Assembly: GCA_013288565.1 (NCBI GenBank) | Contig: JABDBP010000003.1 | Location: forward strand, 11,671 to 75,670 | Direction of reading: 5' to 3' | DNA: 64,000 nt | Origin: Alphaproteobacteria bacterium | GTDB taxonomy: Bacteria > Pseudomonadota > Alphaproteobacteria > Rickettsiales > JABDBP01 | In this document: in pieces, positions 25,208 to 34,800 of the stretch | How positions within the stretch are numbered: position 1 is the stretch's first letter | Layout of the letters: the number at the start of each line of letters is the position of its first letter | Translations under genes and position numbers: made by a program | The notes under the pieces: generated by a model | Databases searched by the model: none | What the model was told of the DNA's origin: nothing | What the model saw: only the letters and a program-made list of their open reading frames with translations

Positions 25208-27457
25208 CTATGCCTCCAATAACACTTCGCGTTTTCCGACATGGTTCGCCGGTGAGACTACGCCCTCTTTTTCCATCCGCTCGATTATGGTCGCGGCTCG
25301 GTTATACCCGATTTTCAAATAGCGCTGGACGAAGCTGGTTGAGGCTTTGCGCTCATTAAGCACGAGTGCGACCGCTTGGTCGTATAATTCGTCGCGCTCG
25401 CCGGCGCTAGAGCCTTCGAATGCCGCATCTTCGGATTCGTCCGCGGTGATGTCATCCATATAAACCGGGGCGCCTTGCGTTTTCAGGAATGAAACTACTT
25501 CCTCCACTTCTTCGTCGCTGACGAAGGGGCCGTGGACGCGTATAATCCTGGATCCGCCGGACATGTAAAGCATATCACCCGCGCCTAGCAACTGCTCACC
25601 ACCCTGCTCACCCAGAATGGTGCGGCTGTCAATACGGCTGGTTACCTGGAAACTGATCCGCGTTGGCAGGTTTGCCTTGATGACGCCGGTGATGACGTCA
25701 ACGCTCGGGCGCTGAGTCGCCATGATGATGTGGATTCCGGCCGCACGGGCCATTTGTGCCAGGCGCTGCACCGAAGTTTCGATTTCCTTTCCCGCAACCA
25801 GCATCAGATCGGCCATTTCATCGACAATTACCACAATGAAGGGGAGGGGAGCCATATTGAGCGGCACGGTCTCAAGGGTCGGCTTGCCAGTTTCCACATC
25901 AAAACCGGTTTGCACCGTGCGGGTCAGAACCTCGCCTTCCTTCAGCGCCGCTTCGATTCTGCTGTTATATCCGGCGATGTTGCGGACGCCGAGCGTGGAC
26001 ATCAAACGATAACGGTTTTCCATTTCTTTGACCGTCCATTTTAAGCCTACCACCGCCTTTTTCGGATCGGTGACAACAGCGGCGAGCAGGTGCGGAATCC
26101 CATCATAAACCGAAAGCTCTAGCATTTTCGGATCGATCATGATGAATTTGCATTCATCCGGCGAATATTTATAAAGCAGCGAGAGAATCATAGTGTTTAT
26201 CGCCACCGATTTTCCCGAGCCGGTGGTTCCCGCGACCAGCAAATGCGGCATTTTTGCAAGGTCAACAATCACCGGATCGCCGCCGATGTTTTTGCCGAGA
26301 GCGATGGCCAACTTCGATTCAGCGCTTTGGTATTCCGCTGTTTCCAGCAGCTCGCGCAGATAAACGGTTTCACGGGTGGAATTAGGCAGTTCTATACCAA
26401 TGGCGTTTTTACCGGGAATCACCGCGATGCGGGCGCTTGTGGCGCTCATCGAGCGGGCAATATCATCCGCCAATCCGATGACACGGGAGGATTTTGTGCC
26501 AGCCGCAGGCTCCAGTTCATAAAGCGTAACCACCGGGCCGGGGTTGATTCCGATGATTTTCCCATAAACGCCGAAGTCCTCCAGCACCCGTTCCAGCAAC
26601 CTGGCGTTTTGTTGTAAAGCGCTCTCGGAAAGCCCAGATTTCCTTATTTTCGGCGGATCGGAAAGCAGGTTCAGCGAGGGCAGGGTGAAATTATTAGGCA
26701 GTGGTAGGTCAAACGAATCTTGCCGACCCTCCGGTTCTGCCACGCGCTTGAGATATGGCGAAATCCTGGGCATTTTCCGCTCCGGCGCTTCTTTTTTCTT
26801 GCGGCGCCGCAGGTTCAAGCCCAGTTCCGGCTGTGGGGACAAAGATTTTTTGCCGAGCAGTGCATAAATTTTTTGGAACATCCGATAAGAAATCCGCGAA
26901 ACGAACGAGATAATTTTTGCAACGACTATGGTTCCTTCCAACCAGCCGTAAAACGATATTCCGAGAGCAAAAAACAGTGTGAGAAGCCCCAGAACCATAG
27001 CTATCACACTGAAAGCAGACGGATTGAAGTGATATAATTTTTCCTTCAAGAAATATCCGATGTATCCGCCATAGCTTTGCAGCGGCAGGTTCTCTTTAGC
27101 GCCAAAAACCGCAAAAACCGCTGCGAAAGAAACTAGCGCCGTCATTAGCATAATGAATTTCAGCCACAGAAATTTAAGTGGTTTTTTCGCGAGAATCCTG
27201 ATGCCCCAGGCCAGGGGCGCGGTGCTCAATACAAAACAGGCGAACCCAAAAAATTGCAGAAGCGGACTGGCGACATACGCTCCGGCGCGGCCCATAAAAT
27301 TCCGCGCATGACCCCCAGTTGCGAGGTCAAATGATGGATCGTTCGGGCTGTAGGTGATGAATGCTAGGCCTAAGAAAACACCAAGCAAAACTAGTGCTAT
27401 TCCCGCCAATTCCGTGATACGTTTTCGAAAAAATGTGGGAGGGCTTGGGCTTATCAT
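25208..27457 (-). CDS. ftsK: DNA translocase FtsK
   Basis: The N-terminus has membrane helices. Motifs are Walker A GTTGSGKS and Walker B IVVIVDEMADL. The C-terminal gamma domain reads YDQAVALVLNERKASTSFVQRYLKIGYNRAATIIERME. Confidence 0.95.
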   Translation of the reverse strand: MISPSPPTFFRKRITELAGIALVLLGVFLGLAFITYSPNDPSFDLATGGHARNFMGRAGAYVASPLLQFFGFACFVLSTAPLAWGIRILAKKPLKFLWLKFIMLMTALVSFAAVFAVFGAKENLPLQSYGGYIGYFLKEKLYHFNPSAFSVIAMVLGLLTLFFALGISFYGWLEGTIVVAKIISFVSRISYRMFQKIYALLGKKSLSPQPELGLNLRRRKKKEAPERKMPRISPYLKRVAEPEGRQDSFDLPLPNNFTLPSLNLLSDPPKIRKSGLSESALQQNARLLERVLEDFGVYGKIIGINPGPVVTLYELEPAAGTKSSRVIGLADDIARSMSATSARIAVIPGKNAIGIELPNSTRETVYLRELLETAEYQSAESKLAIALGKNIGGDPVIVDLAKMPHLLVAGTTGSGKSVAINTMILSLLYKYSPDECKFIMIDPKMLELSVYDGIPHLLAAVVTDPKKAVVGLKWTVKEMENRYRLMSTLGVRNIAGYNSRIEAALKEGEVLTRTVQTGFDVETGKPTLETVPLNMAPLPFIVVIVDEMADLMLVAGKEIETSVQRLAQMARAAGIHIIMATQRPSVDVITGVIKANLPTRISFQVTSRIDSRTILGEQGGEQLLGAGDMLYMSGGSRIIRVHGPFVSDEEVEEVVSFLKTQGAPVYMDDITADESEDAAFEGSSAGERDELYDQAVALVLNERKASTSFVQRYLKIGYNRAATIIERMEKEGVVSPANHVGKREVLLEA

Positions 27458-27460
27458 TTC

Positions 27461-28396
27461 CTATTTCGCGTTGCGCTCCAAAAACACTCCATTTTTCAAC
27501 CCCTGTATGGAAGAATCATTCTCTGCCATTTTTAGACGTTTTTCCGCCAGACAGCAATAGTGCAAATCGCTCTCGACACCGGAAAACCTGCGCCCGAGTT
27601 TTTTCGCCACAACCGCCGCCGTGCCGGAGCCGAGGAACGGATCGAACACGAAATCACCCGCATCCGAACTGTTCAGGATGATTTTCGCTAGTAGCTTTTC
27701 TGGCTTTTGTGCCGGATGGTCGGTATTTTCCGGCATCGACCAGAACGGCACCGAAATATCGGTCCACAAATTGGAGGGCGCGGTGAGTCGGAACTTTTCA
27801 CCGCCTTCATGCTGCCAATCCTTAGGATTTCCGGCATTGTCGCGATATGGCGCGATGACTTTTTTCTTGAGTCGCACCCGCTCCGGATAAAATTTATAAT
27901 CCTTGGAAACTGTACAGAATAAAATATCCTCCGAGACGTTTTTCCAGTTTTTCGCCGCGCTGCGGCCTTTCTCGCGCTGCCAGGTGATGCGGTTTTGGAT
28001 ATGGAAATATTTTTTCGCGGAATTATAAACGGCGGGCGTTGATTGCCAATCGGAACATATATATATGGAGGCATGGGGCTTAAGTATTTTGACGAGCTGG
28101 GAAAGCCAGGAATCTAGCCATTTCTCATAGCTCCCGGCATCGGTTTTTTTAAACATTTTTCCGCCGAAATTCTTGGTTAAATTATATGGCGGATCGATGA
28201 ACAAAAGATCGACGAAATTTTTCGGAAATCGGCCCGCTACCTTGAAAATATCACCGTGAATAATGCGGTTGGTCATGCCAGCGGGATTTAATTTATCCGC
28301 CGTTACCAGCCGTTTCTTATATTCCACGATTTCTTTGGGCGAGAGCGTTAAGGTTTGGTTGCGTGGGGCTTTTTTCATGTTAGGTGCTGTTCTCAT
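27461..28396 (-). CDS. Beta-class DNA methyltransferase (N6-adenine or N4-cytosine), orphan
   Basis: Motif IV (LLFIDPPYNL) precedes motif I (FDPFLGSGTAAVVAKKLGRRFSG), which is the beta-class order. No nuclease gene is adjacent. The likelier start is MKKAP at 28378, because 28379 onward belongs to a repeat element. Confidence 0.8.
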   Translation of the reverse strand: MRTAPNMKKAPRNQTLTLSPKEIVEYKKRLVTADKLNPAGMTNRIIHGDIFKVAGRFPKNFVDLLFIDPPYNLTKNFGGKMFKKTDAGSYEKWLDSWLSQLVKILKPHASIYICSDWQSTPAVYNSAKKYFHIQNRITWQREKGRSAAKNWKNVSEDILFCTVSKDYKFYPERVRLKKKVIAPYRDNAGNPKDWQHEGGEKFRLTAPSNLWTDISVPFWSMPENTDHPAQKPEKLLAKIILNSSDAGDFVFDPFLGSGTAAVVAKKLGRRFSGVESDLHYCCLAEKRLKMAENDSSIQGLKNGVFLERNAK

Positions 28397-28547
28397 ATTA
28401 TTTAAGTAATTGCGAAAGAATGATTTTTTATGGAAAAAAGCACAAAATCCGACAGCGATGGTTCCACATCGCCCTTCGCGCTTCTCCTAGCAGAAATGAA
28501 TTTTTGCCACAACGCAATACTAAAATAACATGATAACAGCGCCTCAA
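28379..28547. mobile_element. MITE-like palindromic repeat element, copy 1 (~169 bp)
   Basis: The terminal inverted repeats are gttaggtgctgttctcatattatttaagtaattgcg and cgcaatactaaaataacatgataacagcgcctcaa. The internal core gatggttccacatcgc..cttctcctag is shared with the copies at 63456 and 59125. Confidence 0.7.
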
Positions 28548-28603
28548 ATTTTTGCCCGCAAAAATCCTTGCTGTAAACGATATTTTAACTCTATAATCTC
28601 TCA

Positions 28604-28701
28604 GGGGAATCATTAAGACGGGCGCTTCGTTCCGTAAACCCGGCCAGGTCCGAAAGGAAGCAGCCGTAGCGGGGTTGGAGCGGGTCGTTTTCGTGGTTCC
28701 C
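28604..28701 (+). ncRNA. ffs: Signal recognition particle RNA (small 4.5S type)
   Basis: The conserved domain IV sequence ccaggtccgaaaggaagcagccgtagc is present. The ends are complementary (ggggaatca / tggttccc). The position directly upstream of dnaX is typical. The ends are approximate. Confidence 0.7.
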
Positions 28702-28720
28702 TTTGTAATTCAGGATTTTT

Positions 28721-30361
28721 GTGACTCAGGAAACCAAACCTTACCTCGTTCTCGCGCGCAAATACCGGCCCAGGAATTTTTCCGAGCTGATCGGCCAGGA
28801 CGCGTTGGTTACGACGCTCACCAACGCGATAAAATCTAACCGTATTGCCCATGCCTTCATTTTGACTGGCATCCGCGGCGTCGGCAAAACTACCTCGGCG
28901 CGTATCATCGCTAAAGCCTTGAATTGCGTAGGTATTGATGGCAGTAGTGGCCCGACGCCGGAACCATGCGGCGTTTGCGAACAGTGCATAAGCATCGCCG
29001 AGGATAGGAATGTCGATGTCATCGAAGCCGACGCGGCGAGCCGCACTGGCGTTAACGACATCCGCGAAATCATCGACAATGTGCGCTATGTTCCGGTGGC
29101 AGCACGTTATAAAATCTACATTATCGACGAAGTGCACATGCTTTCCAAATCGGCGTTCAACGCGCTTTTGAAAACCCTGGAGGAACCGCCGCCGCATGTG
29201 AAATTCATCTTCGCCACCACGGAAATCAGAAAAATTCCGCTGACTATTCTGTCGCGCTGTCAGCGATTTGATCTGTTGCGTGTGTCTCCCGAGTTGCTCA
29301 TGCAAAGATTTTCGGAAATCGCTGCAAAGGAAGGGTTTTCGATTGATGGCGAGGCGCTGGAAATCATCGCTAAAGCGGCGGAAGGCTCAGTGCGCGATGG
29401 GCTTTCCATATTAGATCAAGCGCTTTCCCGATCAAGTGGCAATGTAACGGCTAAGGAAGTGAAGGAATTGATCGGCATCGCCGACAGCAATAAAATATTC
29501 GATTTGTTCGAGCTGGCCATGGCCGGAAAACCTCCGGAAGCATTGGCAGCCCTGCGCACACTATACGATTCTAGTTCTGATCCGGTCGCGGTGCTGGAAG
29601 ACCTGCTTGAGTTGACACATTATGTCAGTGTAGTGAAGCACGGGGCGGAAAATACGGCGGCAAAAACTGGGGCTGGCGATAAGCGGCGGGCGCAGGCAAT
29701 GGCAGAAAAACTTTCGGTTCCAGCGTTGGTAAAGGCCTGGCAGATATTACTGAAGAGCCTTGGTGAAGCACGGGCGGCGGCCAACCCAATGAACGCGGCG
29801 GAAATGGCCGTCATCAAGCTTGCATATACTTCCGGTCTGCCTGGCCCAAGCGATCTGGCAAAAAATCCCCATGCAGAAATTCGCCAGGCACCTCCATTTC
29901 AACCGGCACCGGCAAAATCATTTACTCCTGAGTTCACCAATGCGTCAAAAAAAATCCCGGTGAATAATTTTCGCGAGTTGGTGGAGCTTTTCGCCGCGAA
30001 GGAAGAGCAAGCGCTTCATGGCTGGCTGGTAAATGGCGTGCATCTGGTTTCGTTCGAGAAGGGACGGTTGGAATTTCGCCCATCGCCCGCAGCGCCCCAG
30101 GATTTAGCTGGGAAAATCGGCAAATGCTTGACGGATTGGACAGGAGAACGCTGGCTGGCGGTGATTTCCAATGATAAGGGTGCAACGACATTGCAGGACG
30201 ATGCGCGGCAGCAGGAAAAAAAACTATATGAGGAAATCGCAAATGATCCGAACGTCGCTCGTGTGCTAGAATCGTTTCCCGGTGCGGAAATCATTGGCGT
30301 ACGGGAAAAGCGCGGAGAAAATTTAAAAGCAGGAGATTTAAAAGCGGGAGAAAGCAAATGA
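28721..30361 (+). CDS. dnaX: DNA polymerase III subunits gamma/tau
   Basis: The motifs are HAFILTGIRGVGKTTSARI, the CGVCEQC zinc module, YIIDEVHML and SRCQRF. The start codon is GTG. Confidence 0.95.
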   Translation: MTQETKPYLVLARKYRPRNFSELIGQDALVTTLTNAIKSNRIAHAFILTGIRGVGKTTSARIIAKALNCVGIDGSSGPTPEPCGVCEQCISIAEDRNVDVIEADAASRTGVNDIREIIDNVRYVPVAARYKIYIIDEVHMLSKSAFNALLKTLEEPPPHVKFIFATTEIRKIPLTILSRCQRFDLLRVSPELLMQRFSEIAAKEGFSIDGEALEIIAKAAEGSVRDGLSILDQALSRSSGNVTAKEVKELIGIADSNKIFDLFELAMAGKPPEALAALRTLYDSSSDPVAVLEDLLELTHYVSVVKHGAENTAAKTGAGDKRRAQAMAEKLSVPALVKAWQILLKSLGEARAAANPMNAAEMAVIKLAYTSGLPGPSDLAKNPHAEIRQAPPFQPAPAKSFTPEFTNASKKIPVNNFRELVELFAAKEEQALHGWLVNGVHLVSFEKGRLEFRPSPAAPQDLAGKIGKCLTDWTGERWLAVISNDKGATTLQDDARQQEKKLYEEIANDPNVARVLESFPGAEIIGVREKRGENLKAGDLKAGESK

Positions 30362-30669
30362 ACATAAACCAATTGATGAAACAGGCGCAATCCATGCAGA
30401 AAAAAGTGGCGGAGATGCAGGAGAAAGTCGAAAAAATGGAAATCATCGGTACATCCGGTGGCGGACTGGTTTCGTTGGCAATGAATGGCAAGGGCGAGGC
30501 GAAGACTGTGAAAATCGACAAGTCACTTTTTGCACCGGACGACTCGGAAATCCTGGAAGATTTGCTCGTCGCCGCCATCAATGATGCAAAAGCGAAAATC
30601 GATGATAAAATGAATTCGGAAATGTCCGGCATCGGCGGATTGCCGCCTGGATTCAAATTGCCATTTTAA
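30358..30669 (+). CDS. ybaB: YbaB/EbfC family nucleoid-associated protein
   Basis: The 103-aa protein starts MNINQLMKQAQSMQKK. It lies between dnaX and recR, and its start overlaps the dnaX stop. Confidence 0.9.
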   Translation: MNINQLMKQAQSMQKKVAEMQEKVEKMEIIGTSGGGLVSLAMNGKGEAKTVKIDKSLFAPDDSEILEDLLVAAINDAKAKIDDKMNSEMSGIGGLPPGFKLPF

Positions 30670-30722
30670 TTCGTGAGTTCGCAAAGTTAAAATCACGAGA
30701 TCACGAACCTACGAAATTACGA

Positions 30723-31319
30723 ATGCAGGAAACCGTACTCGAACGCCTTATAAAAACTCTCGCAAAACTCCCGGGGTTAGGTCCGCGCTCAGCCCGCCGC
30801 GCTGCTCTACATCTGGTGAAAAACAAGGAAACGCAGCTAAAGCAGCTCTCTGATTTATTGTTGCGTTGCCACGCGGAAATGCAGGTTTGTGCGGTTTGCG
30901 GCAATATTGATACCGTTAGTCCATGCTACATCTGTCAGGATGAAAGGCGTAGCGATTCTAGCATCTGCATCGTTGAGGAAGTGGCGGATTTATGGGCGCT
31001 GGAGCGTGGTGGAGTATTCAAAGGAAAATATCATGTGCTGGGCGGAACGCTTTCGGCGATAGAGGCGCGCGGGCCGGAGGAACTGGGTCTCGGCAAATTA
31101 CTGATGCGGATAAAAACCGATAATGTTGAGGAAATTATATTAGCAACCAACGTCACAGTGGAGGGCCAGACCACCGCTCATTACATCACCGAACAGGCGC
31201 GGCCATTAGGGGTCAAAATCTCTCGACTCGCCCAGGGAATTCCTATCGGTGGGGAGTTAGATTATATGGATGAAGGGACTTTAAGCGCTGCAATGAAAGC
31301 AAGGCTGGTAGTGGGCTAA
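30723..31319 (+). CDS. recR: Recombination protein RecR
   Basis: The helix-hairpin-helix reads LPGLGPRSARRAALHL. The zinc finger reads CAVCGN..SPCYIC. A Toprim segment is ICIVEEVADLWALE. Confidence 0.95.
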   Translation: MQETVLERLIKTLAKLPGLGPRSARRAALHLVKNKETQLKQLSDLLLRCHAEMQVCAVCGNIDTVSPCYICQDERRSDSSICIVEEVADLWALERGGVFKGKYHVLGGTLSAIEARGPEELGLGKLLMRIKTDNVEEIILATNVTVEGQTTAHYITEQARPLGVKISRLAQGIPIGGELDYMDEGTLSAAMKARLVVG

Positions 31320-31783
31320 AGTACTAATTCACAAATACCATTTTTATTTGCAAAGTTGGCACGGCTGTATAAAGACTTGCTCTCGTCGCTTGGCCAAACT
31401 ATTACGGATTCGTAGTCATTGGTTTTTGTAAACTTTATCAAGTTTTCTAAAAGTTTTTTCCCGATTTTTTTATTCCTATATTCGGCCTTCACATAAAAAT
31501 TGGTGAGGTATCCAAAATGCTTGAATTTTCTGTGTGGACGCGGAATCATTTCAATCTTCATAAGAGAGGCGTGGCCAATAATCTTGCCATCAATTTCAGC
31601 AATAAAATGATTCCAAGTTTTATTTTTTAAGCCATACGCTAAGAATTTAATGCAGCTACTTAGGAATTTTTTCTCCGAAACAGAACCGTCACTATCACCA
31701 ACCTCAGTTGTAAATTCATAACGAAGGGCGGCTAAGGAATTAATATCTTCTTTTTTGGCTAAGCGATAATTGGCAGACGCCAT
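31316..31783 (-). CDS. GNAT family N-acetyltransferase
   Basis: The acetyl-CoA motif A-like block is YVKAEYRNKKIGKKLLENL. The gene is AT-rich, starts 2 nt after the parC stop, and its 3' end overlaps recR by 4 nt. Confidence 0.75.
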   Translation of the reverse strand: MASANYRLAKKEDINSLAALRYEFTTEVGDSDGSVSEKKFLSSCIKFLAYGLKNKTWNHFIAEIDGKIIGHASLMKIEMIPRPHRKFKHFGYLTNFYVKAEYRNKKIGKKLLENLIKFTKTNDYESVIVWPSDESKSLYSRANFANKNGICELVL

Positions 31784-31785
31784 CC

Positions 31786-34032
31786 TTACTCCATCCCAAA
31801 CTTATTACTCTTCGAAAACCCGTTCGGTGCTAAACGCCCAGCAGCAGCGCGTTTACCCACCCAAGCGGTTAAGTCTTTTTCACTCCGGGTTTGTTTATCG
31901 GTTTGCCAGGTGAGGCCATCGGTGAGGTTGAAAGTCTTGATGTCGGAAAGGCTGCCATCCTGGTATTTCTGCAATATCACGCCGCGACCGCGCTTCATTT
32001 CCGGGATTTCAGAGATTGCGTACACCAATAATTTCCGGTTCTCGCCAATGACCGCAACATGGCTACCAGCAATGGGTTTCACCGCAACCGCGCGTGTTCC
32101 ATCGCCCAGGTTCATGACCTGCTTGCCGGTGCGTGTTGAAGCGACGACATCCTTTTCATCAACGATGAAGCCATGCCCGCTGCTTGAAGCTAGCAGTAAT
32201 TTTCGTTCCGGATTGTGGACGAAAATGGTGACTATGTCCCGATTCTCGGTCAAATCTATCATCAGCCGTAGTGATTCGCCGTCTCCCTTGCCACGCGGGA
32301 TTCTGTCGCATGGTATGGTGAAGAATTTTCCGTCGCTAGCGAACAGCAATAATTTATCGGTGGTTTGCGCCTTGATGAAAAATCTACCGCGGTCACCCTC
32401 TTTAAATTTTATTTCGCTGAAATCTTCAAGATGTCCCTTCACAGCACGAATCCAGCCCAGAGTAGAGCAGATTACAGTTATCGGCTCTTTCTCGACGAAT
32501 GCTTCGGGTGAAATATCGATGTCTTTTGCTTCCTCGCCGGAGATTTCGGTACGCCTTTTTCCAAGTTTTGTTTTCTTGCCGAATTGCTCTTTCACTTGGC
32601 GAATATCGTCGGCGATTACCTGCCAGCGTTTTTTCTTGTCGGCGAGGATAGATTTCAACTCCTTTTTTTCGCTGCTTAAATTCTTATGTTCGCGATTGAT
32701 TTCGATTTCCTCAAGCTTGCGTAACGCACGCAGGCGCATATTGAGAATCGCCTCAACCTGGATTTCGCTTAAATCCCATTTCTTCATCATTTTTTCTTTG
32801 GGATCGTCCTCGTTACGGATTATTTTTATTACCTGGTCGAGGTTCAAATAGGCTATCAGCAATCCTTTCAAGATTTCCAGGCGGCGATCGATTTCCGTTA
32901 AACGGTGATTGGTTTTGCGGAGCAAAACTTCGTGTCGGTGGTTCAAAAATTCTTGTAACACCTCGCGCAGATTCATCACCCGCGGGCTATGCTTTGAATC
33001 AAGCACGTTCATGTTGAGCGCGAACCGCACTTCCAGATCAGTGAGTTTGAATAGCGAAGCCATGAGGATTTCCGGATCAACCGAGCGGTTCTTCGGCTCC
33101 AGGACGATGCGAATTTCCTCAGCCGATTCATCGCGCAAATCTCCGAGTAGCGGAACTTTTTTCTCCTTGAAAACTTCGGCTATTCGTTCGACCAGCCGCC
33201 CTTTCTGCACCTGATAGGGAATTTCCGTCACTACAATTTGATAGGTTCCATGCGCCAATTCTTCCTTCTCCCATTTTGCGCGCAAACGGAAACTTCCGCG
33301 CCCGGATTCGTAAGCCGCGACGATATTCTCCACCGGCTCCATGATAATCCCGCCGGTTGGGAAATCCGGCCCTTTGATGAACCGCACCAGGCGCGAGATT
33401 TTTGCCTCCGGGTTTTCAATTAAATGAATCAGTGCATCGCAGATTTCATCAGCATTGTGTGGTGGAATCGAAGTCGCCATACCGACAGCTATACCCTCCG
33501 AGCCATTGGCCAGAAGATTCGGAAACCGTGATGGTAGGAGTGCCGGTTCTTCCTCGGAACCGTCATAATTCGGGCGGAAATCTACGGTATTGCTTTCGAG
33601 ATCGGTAAGCAGCGCCAGGGCAACATCGGTTAGGCGTGCTTCGGTGTAACGCATCGCGGCAGGGTTATCGCCGTCGATGCTCCCAAAATTTCCCTGGCCC
33701 TCTACCAACGGATAACGCACAGAAAAGCTTTGCGCCAGCCTGACCATAGTATCATAAACCGCAACGTCGCCGTGTGGGTGGTATTTACCGATGACATCGC
33801 CGACAACGCGCGCGCATTTCTTAAAACCCGATTTCGGATCGAGTTTCAATTGCAGCATAGCGAAAAGCAGGCGACGATGCACGGGTTTCAGGCCGTCGCG
33901 CACATCGGGCAAAGACCGTGACATGATGGTGGAAAGTGCGTAGGCGAGGTAACGCTCTGCCAGCGCGTCCTTGAATTCAACAATATTTACCCGGCCTTCG
34001 GGAATTTTTTTCTCAGTCGTTTTTTTTGCCAT
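31786..34032 (-). CDS. parC: DNA topoisomerase IV subunit A
   Basis: The N-terminus is GyrA/ParC-like ([26 protein letters not shown], with catalytic-Tyr region AMRYTEARL). The 748-aa length fits ParC rather than GyrA. Confidence 0.85.
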   Translation of the reverse strand: MAKKTTEKKIPEGRVNIVEFKDALAERYLAYALSTIMSRSLPDVRDGLKPVHRRLLFAMLQLKLDPKSGFKKCARVVGDVIGKYHPHGDVAVYDTMVRLAQSFSVRYPLVEGQGNFGSIDGDNPAAMRYTEARLTDVALALLTDLESNTVDFRPNYDGSEEEPALLPSRFPNLLANGSEGIAVGMATSIPPHNADEICDALIHLIENPEAKISRLVRFIKGPDFPTGGIIMEPVENIVAAYESGRGSFRLRAKWEKEELAHGTYQIVVTEIPYQVQKGRLVERIAEVFKEKKVPLLGDLRDESAEEIRIVLEPKNRSVDPEILMASLFKLTDLEVRFALNMNVLDSKHSPRVMNLREVLQEFLNHRHEVLLRKTNHRLTEIDRRLEILKGLLIAYLNLDQVIKIIRNEDDPKEKMMKKWDLSEIQVEAILNMRLRALRKLEEIEINREHKNLSSEKKELKSILADKKKRWQVIADDIRQVKEQFGKKTKLGKRRTEISGEEAKDIDISPEAFVEKEPITVICSTLGWIRAVKGHLEDFSEIKFKEGDRGRFFIKAQTTDKLLLFASDGKFFTIPCDRIPRGKGDGESLRLMIDLTENRDIVTIFVHNPERKLLLASSSGHGFIVDEKDVVASTRTGKQVMNLGDGTRAVAVKPIAGSHVAVIGENRKLLVYAISEIPEMKRGRGVILQKYQDGSLSDIKTFNLTDGLTWQTDKQTRSEKDLTAWVGKRAAAGRLAPNGFSKSNKFGME

Positions 34033-34038
34033 AAAATT

Positions 34039-34800
34039 TTAGTTGCAAGTTTCAAGTCGCAGAGTTGCAACCTCTCTTACTTGCAACTCACTATTCAACA
34101 TCTCCACAAATCTATTTCTTGCCGGCGGCATGGCCCGGTTATCGCCGGAAAACACATGTTTGTCCAGAAAATATCCGGTAAGCCGGACGCCATGCAGTAT
34201 GTCCATATTATCAACAGCTGCAGGGGTTTCGCTTGTAATAAATGCGGGAAGCGTAAGCAATTTATCCTTATATTGTTCTCCCGATTCGCGGTTGACAGCA
34301 CGACCGGATTTCGGCGAGACGTAAATCAAATCTTCACGCCCCCCAGTGACAGCGCAACTAGCCAAATCCATTCCAAATCCAAGCCTTTTCAATAGTTCCA
34401 GTTCAAGCATTACATATTTTTCCCGCCAGTTTTCCTTTTCCAGGAATTCTAAAAATTGAATAAGTGTTGAAAAAATTTCACTCTGTGGTTCACGCTCCAT
34501 GAGCGAGCAACCCAGCAGTTCACAGCCCGAAACCAGCGCCGCCAGCTTCAATGAATCATGCATTACGCGCGCTGCGATCGGTTCGAGCATTTCAACTGCG
34601 ATCGTGCCAAGATGTTCGGCTAGCCTGGCATTCCAGACCGCCTCGACAATATTTCCCGATTGGCAAATTCCGCGCGCGGCTTTGGCGCTTCTGATCACGC
34701 CGCCATATCGCCCATGATTTTCGCTTAAAACGTTCACAATAAGAGCGCTTTCCCCGAATTTCCTGGCCGATAAAATCACCGCCTTATCTTTCCATTTCAT
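34039..34800 (-). CDS. recO: DNA repair protein RecO
   Basis: MKWKDKAVILSARKFGESALIVNVLSENHGRYGGV is a typical RecO OB-fold N-terminus. The track ORF extends to 34890, but the ATG at 34800 is the likely start. Confidence 0.85.
   Translation of the reverse strand: MKWKDKAVILSARKFGESALIVNVLSENHGRYGGVIRSAKAARGICQSGNIVEAVWNARLAEHLGTIAVEMLEPIAARVMHDSLKLAALVSGCELLGCSLMEREPQSEIFSTLIQFLEFLEKENWREKYVMLELELLKRLGFGMDLASCAVTGGREDLIYVSPKSGRAVNRESGEQYKDKLLTLPAFITSETPAAVDNMDILHGVRLTGYFLDKHVFSGDNRAMPPARNRFVEMLNSELQVREVATLRLETCN

Noticed and set aside
27461-28396. Calling the methyltransferase CcrM.
   Set aside because: Only the generic beta-class motifs match. The inter-motif sequence and the length differ from CcrM as I remember it. 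It is left as an unassigned orphan methyltransferase.
28613-29305. A 230-aa minus-strand ORF overlapping the SRP RNA and the 5' half of dnaX. Similar long antisense ORFs occur at 31910-32851, 42840-43469, 35693-36088, 36259-36699 and 22274-22606.
   Set aside because: They lie antisense to genes with unambiguous conserved motifs. They have Arg/Ser/Pro-rich low-complexity translations and no RBS or recognisable motifs. They are shadow ORFs.
30670-30722. Short word-repeat or inverted-repeat patches in intergenic spacers. Examples are ttcgtga...tcacgaa at 30670, gttgcaag...cttgcaac at 34040-34090, and gctggaa...ttccagc at 37810-37860.
   Set aside because: Each is a small local hairpin with a different sequence, and there is no shared consensus. 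They are probably ordinary terminators or attenuator-like hairpins. The evidence is not enough for a repeat family.
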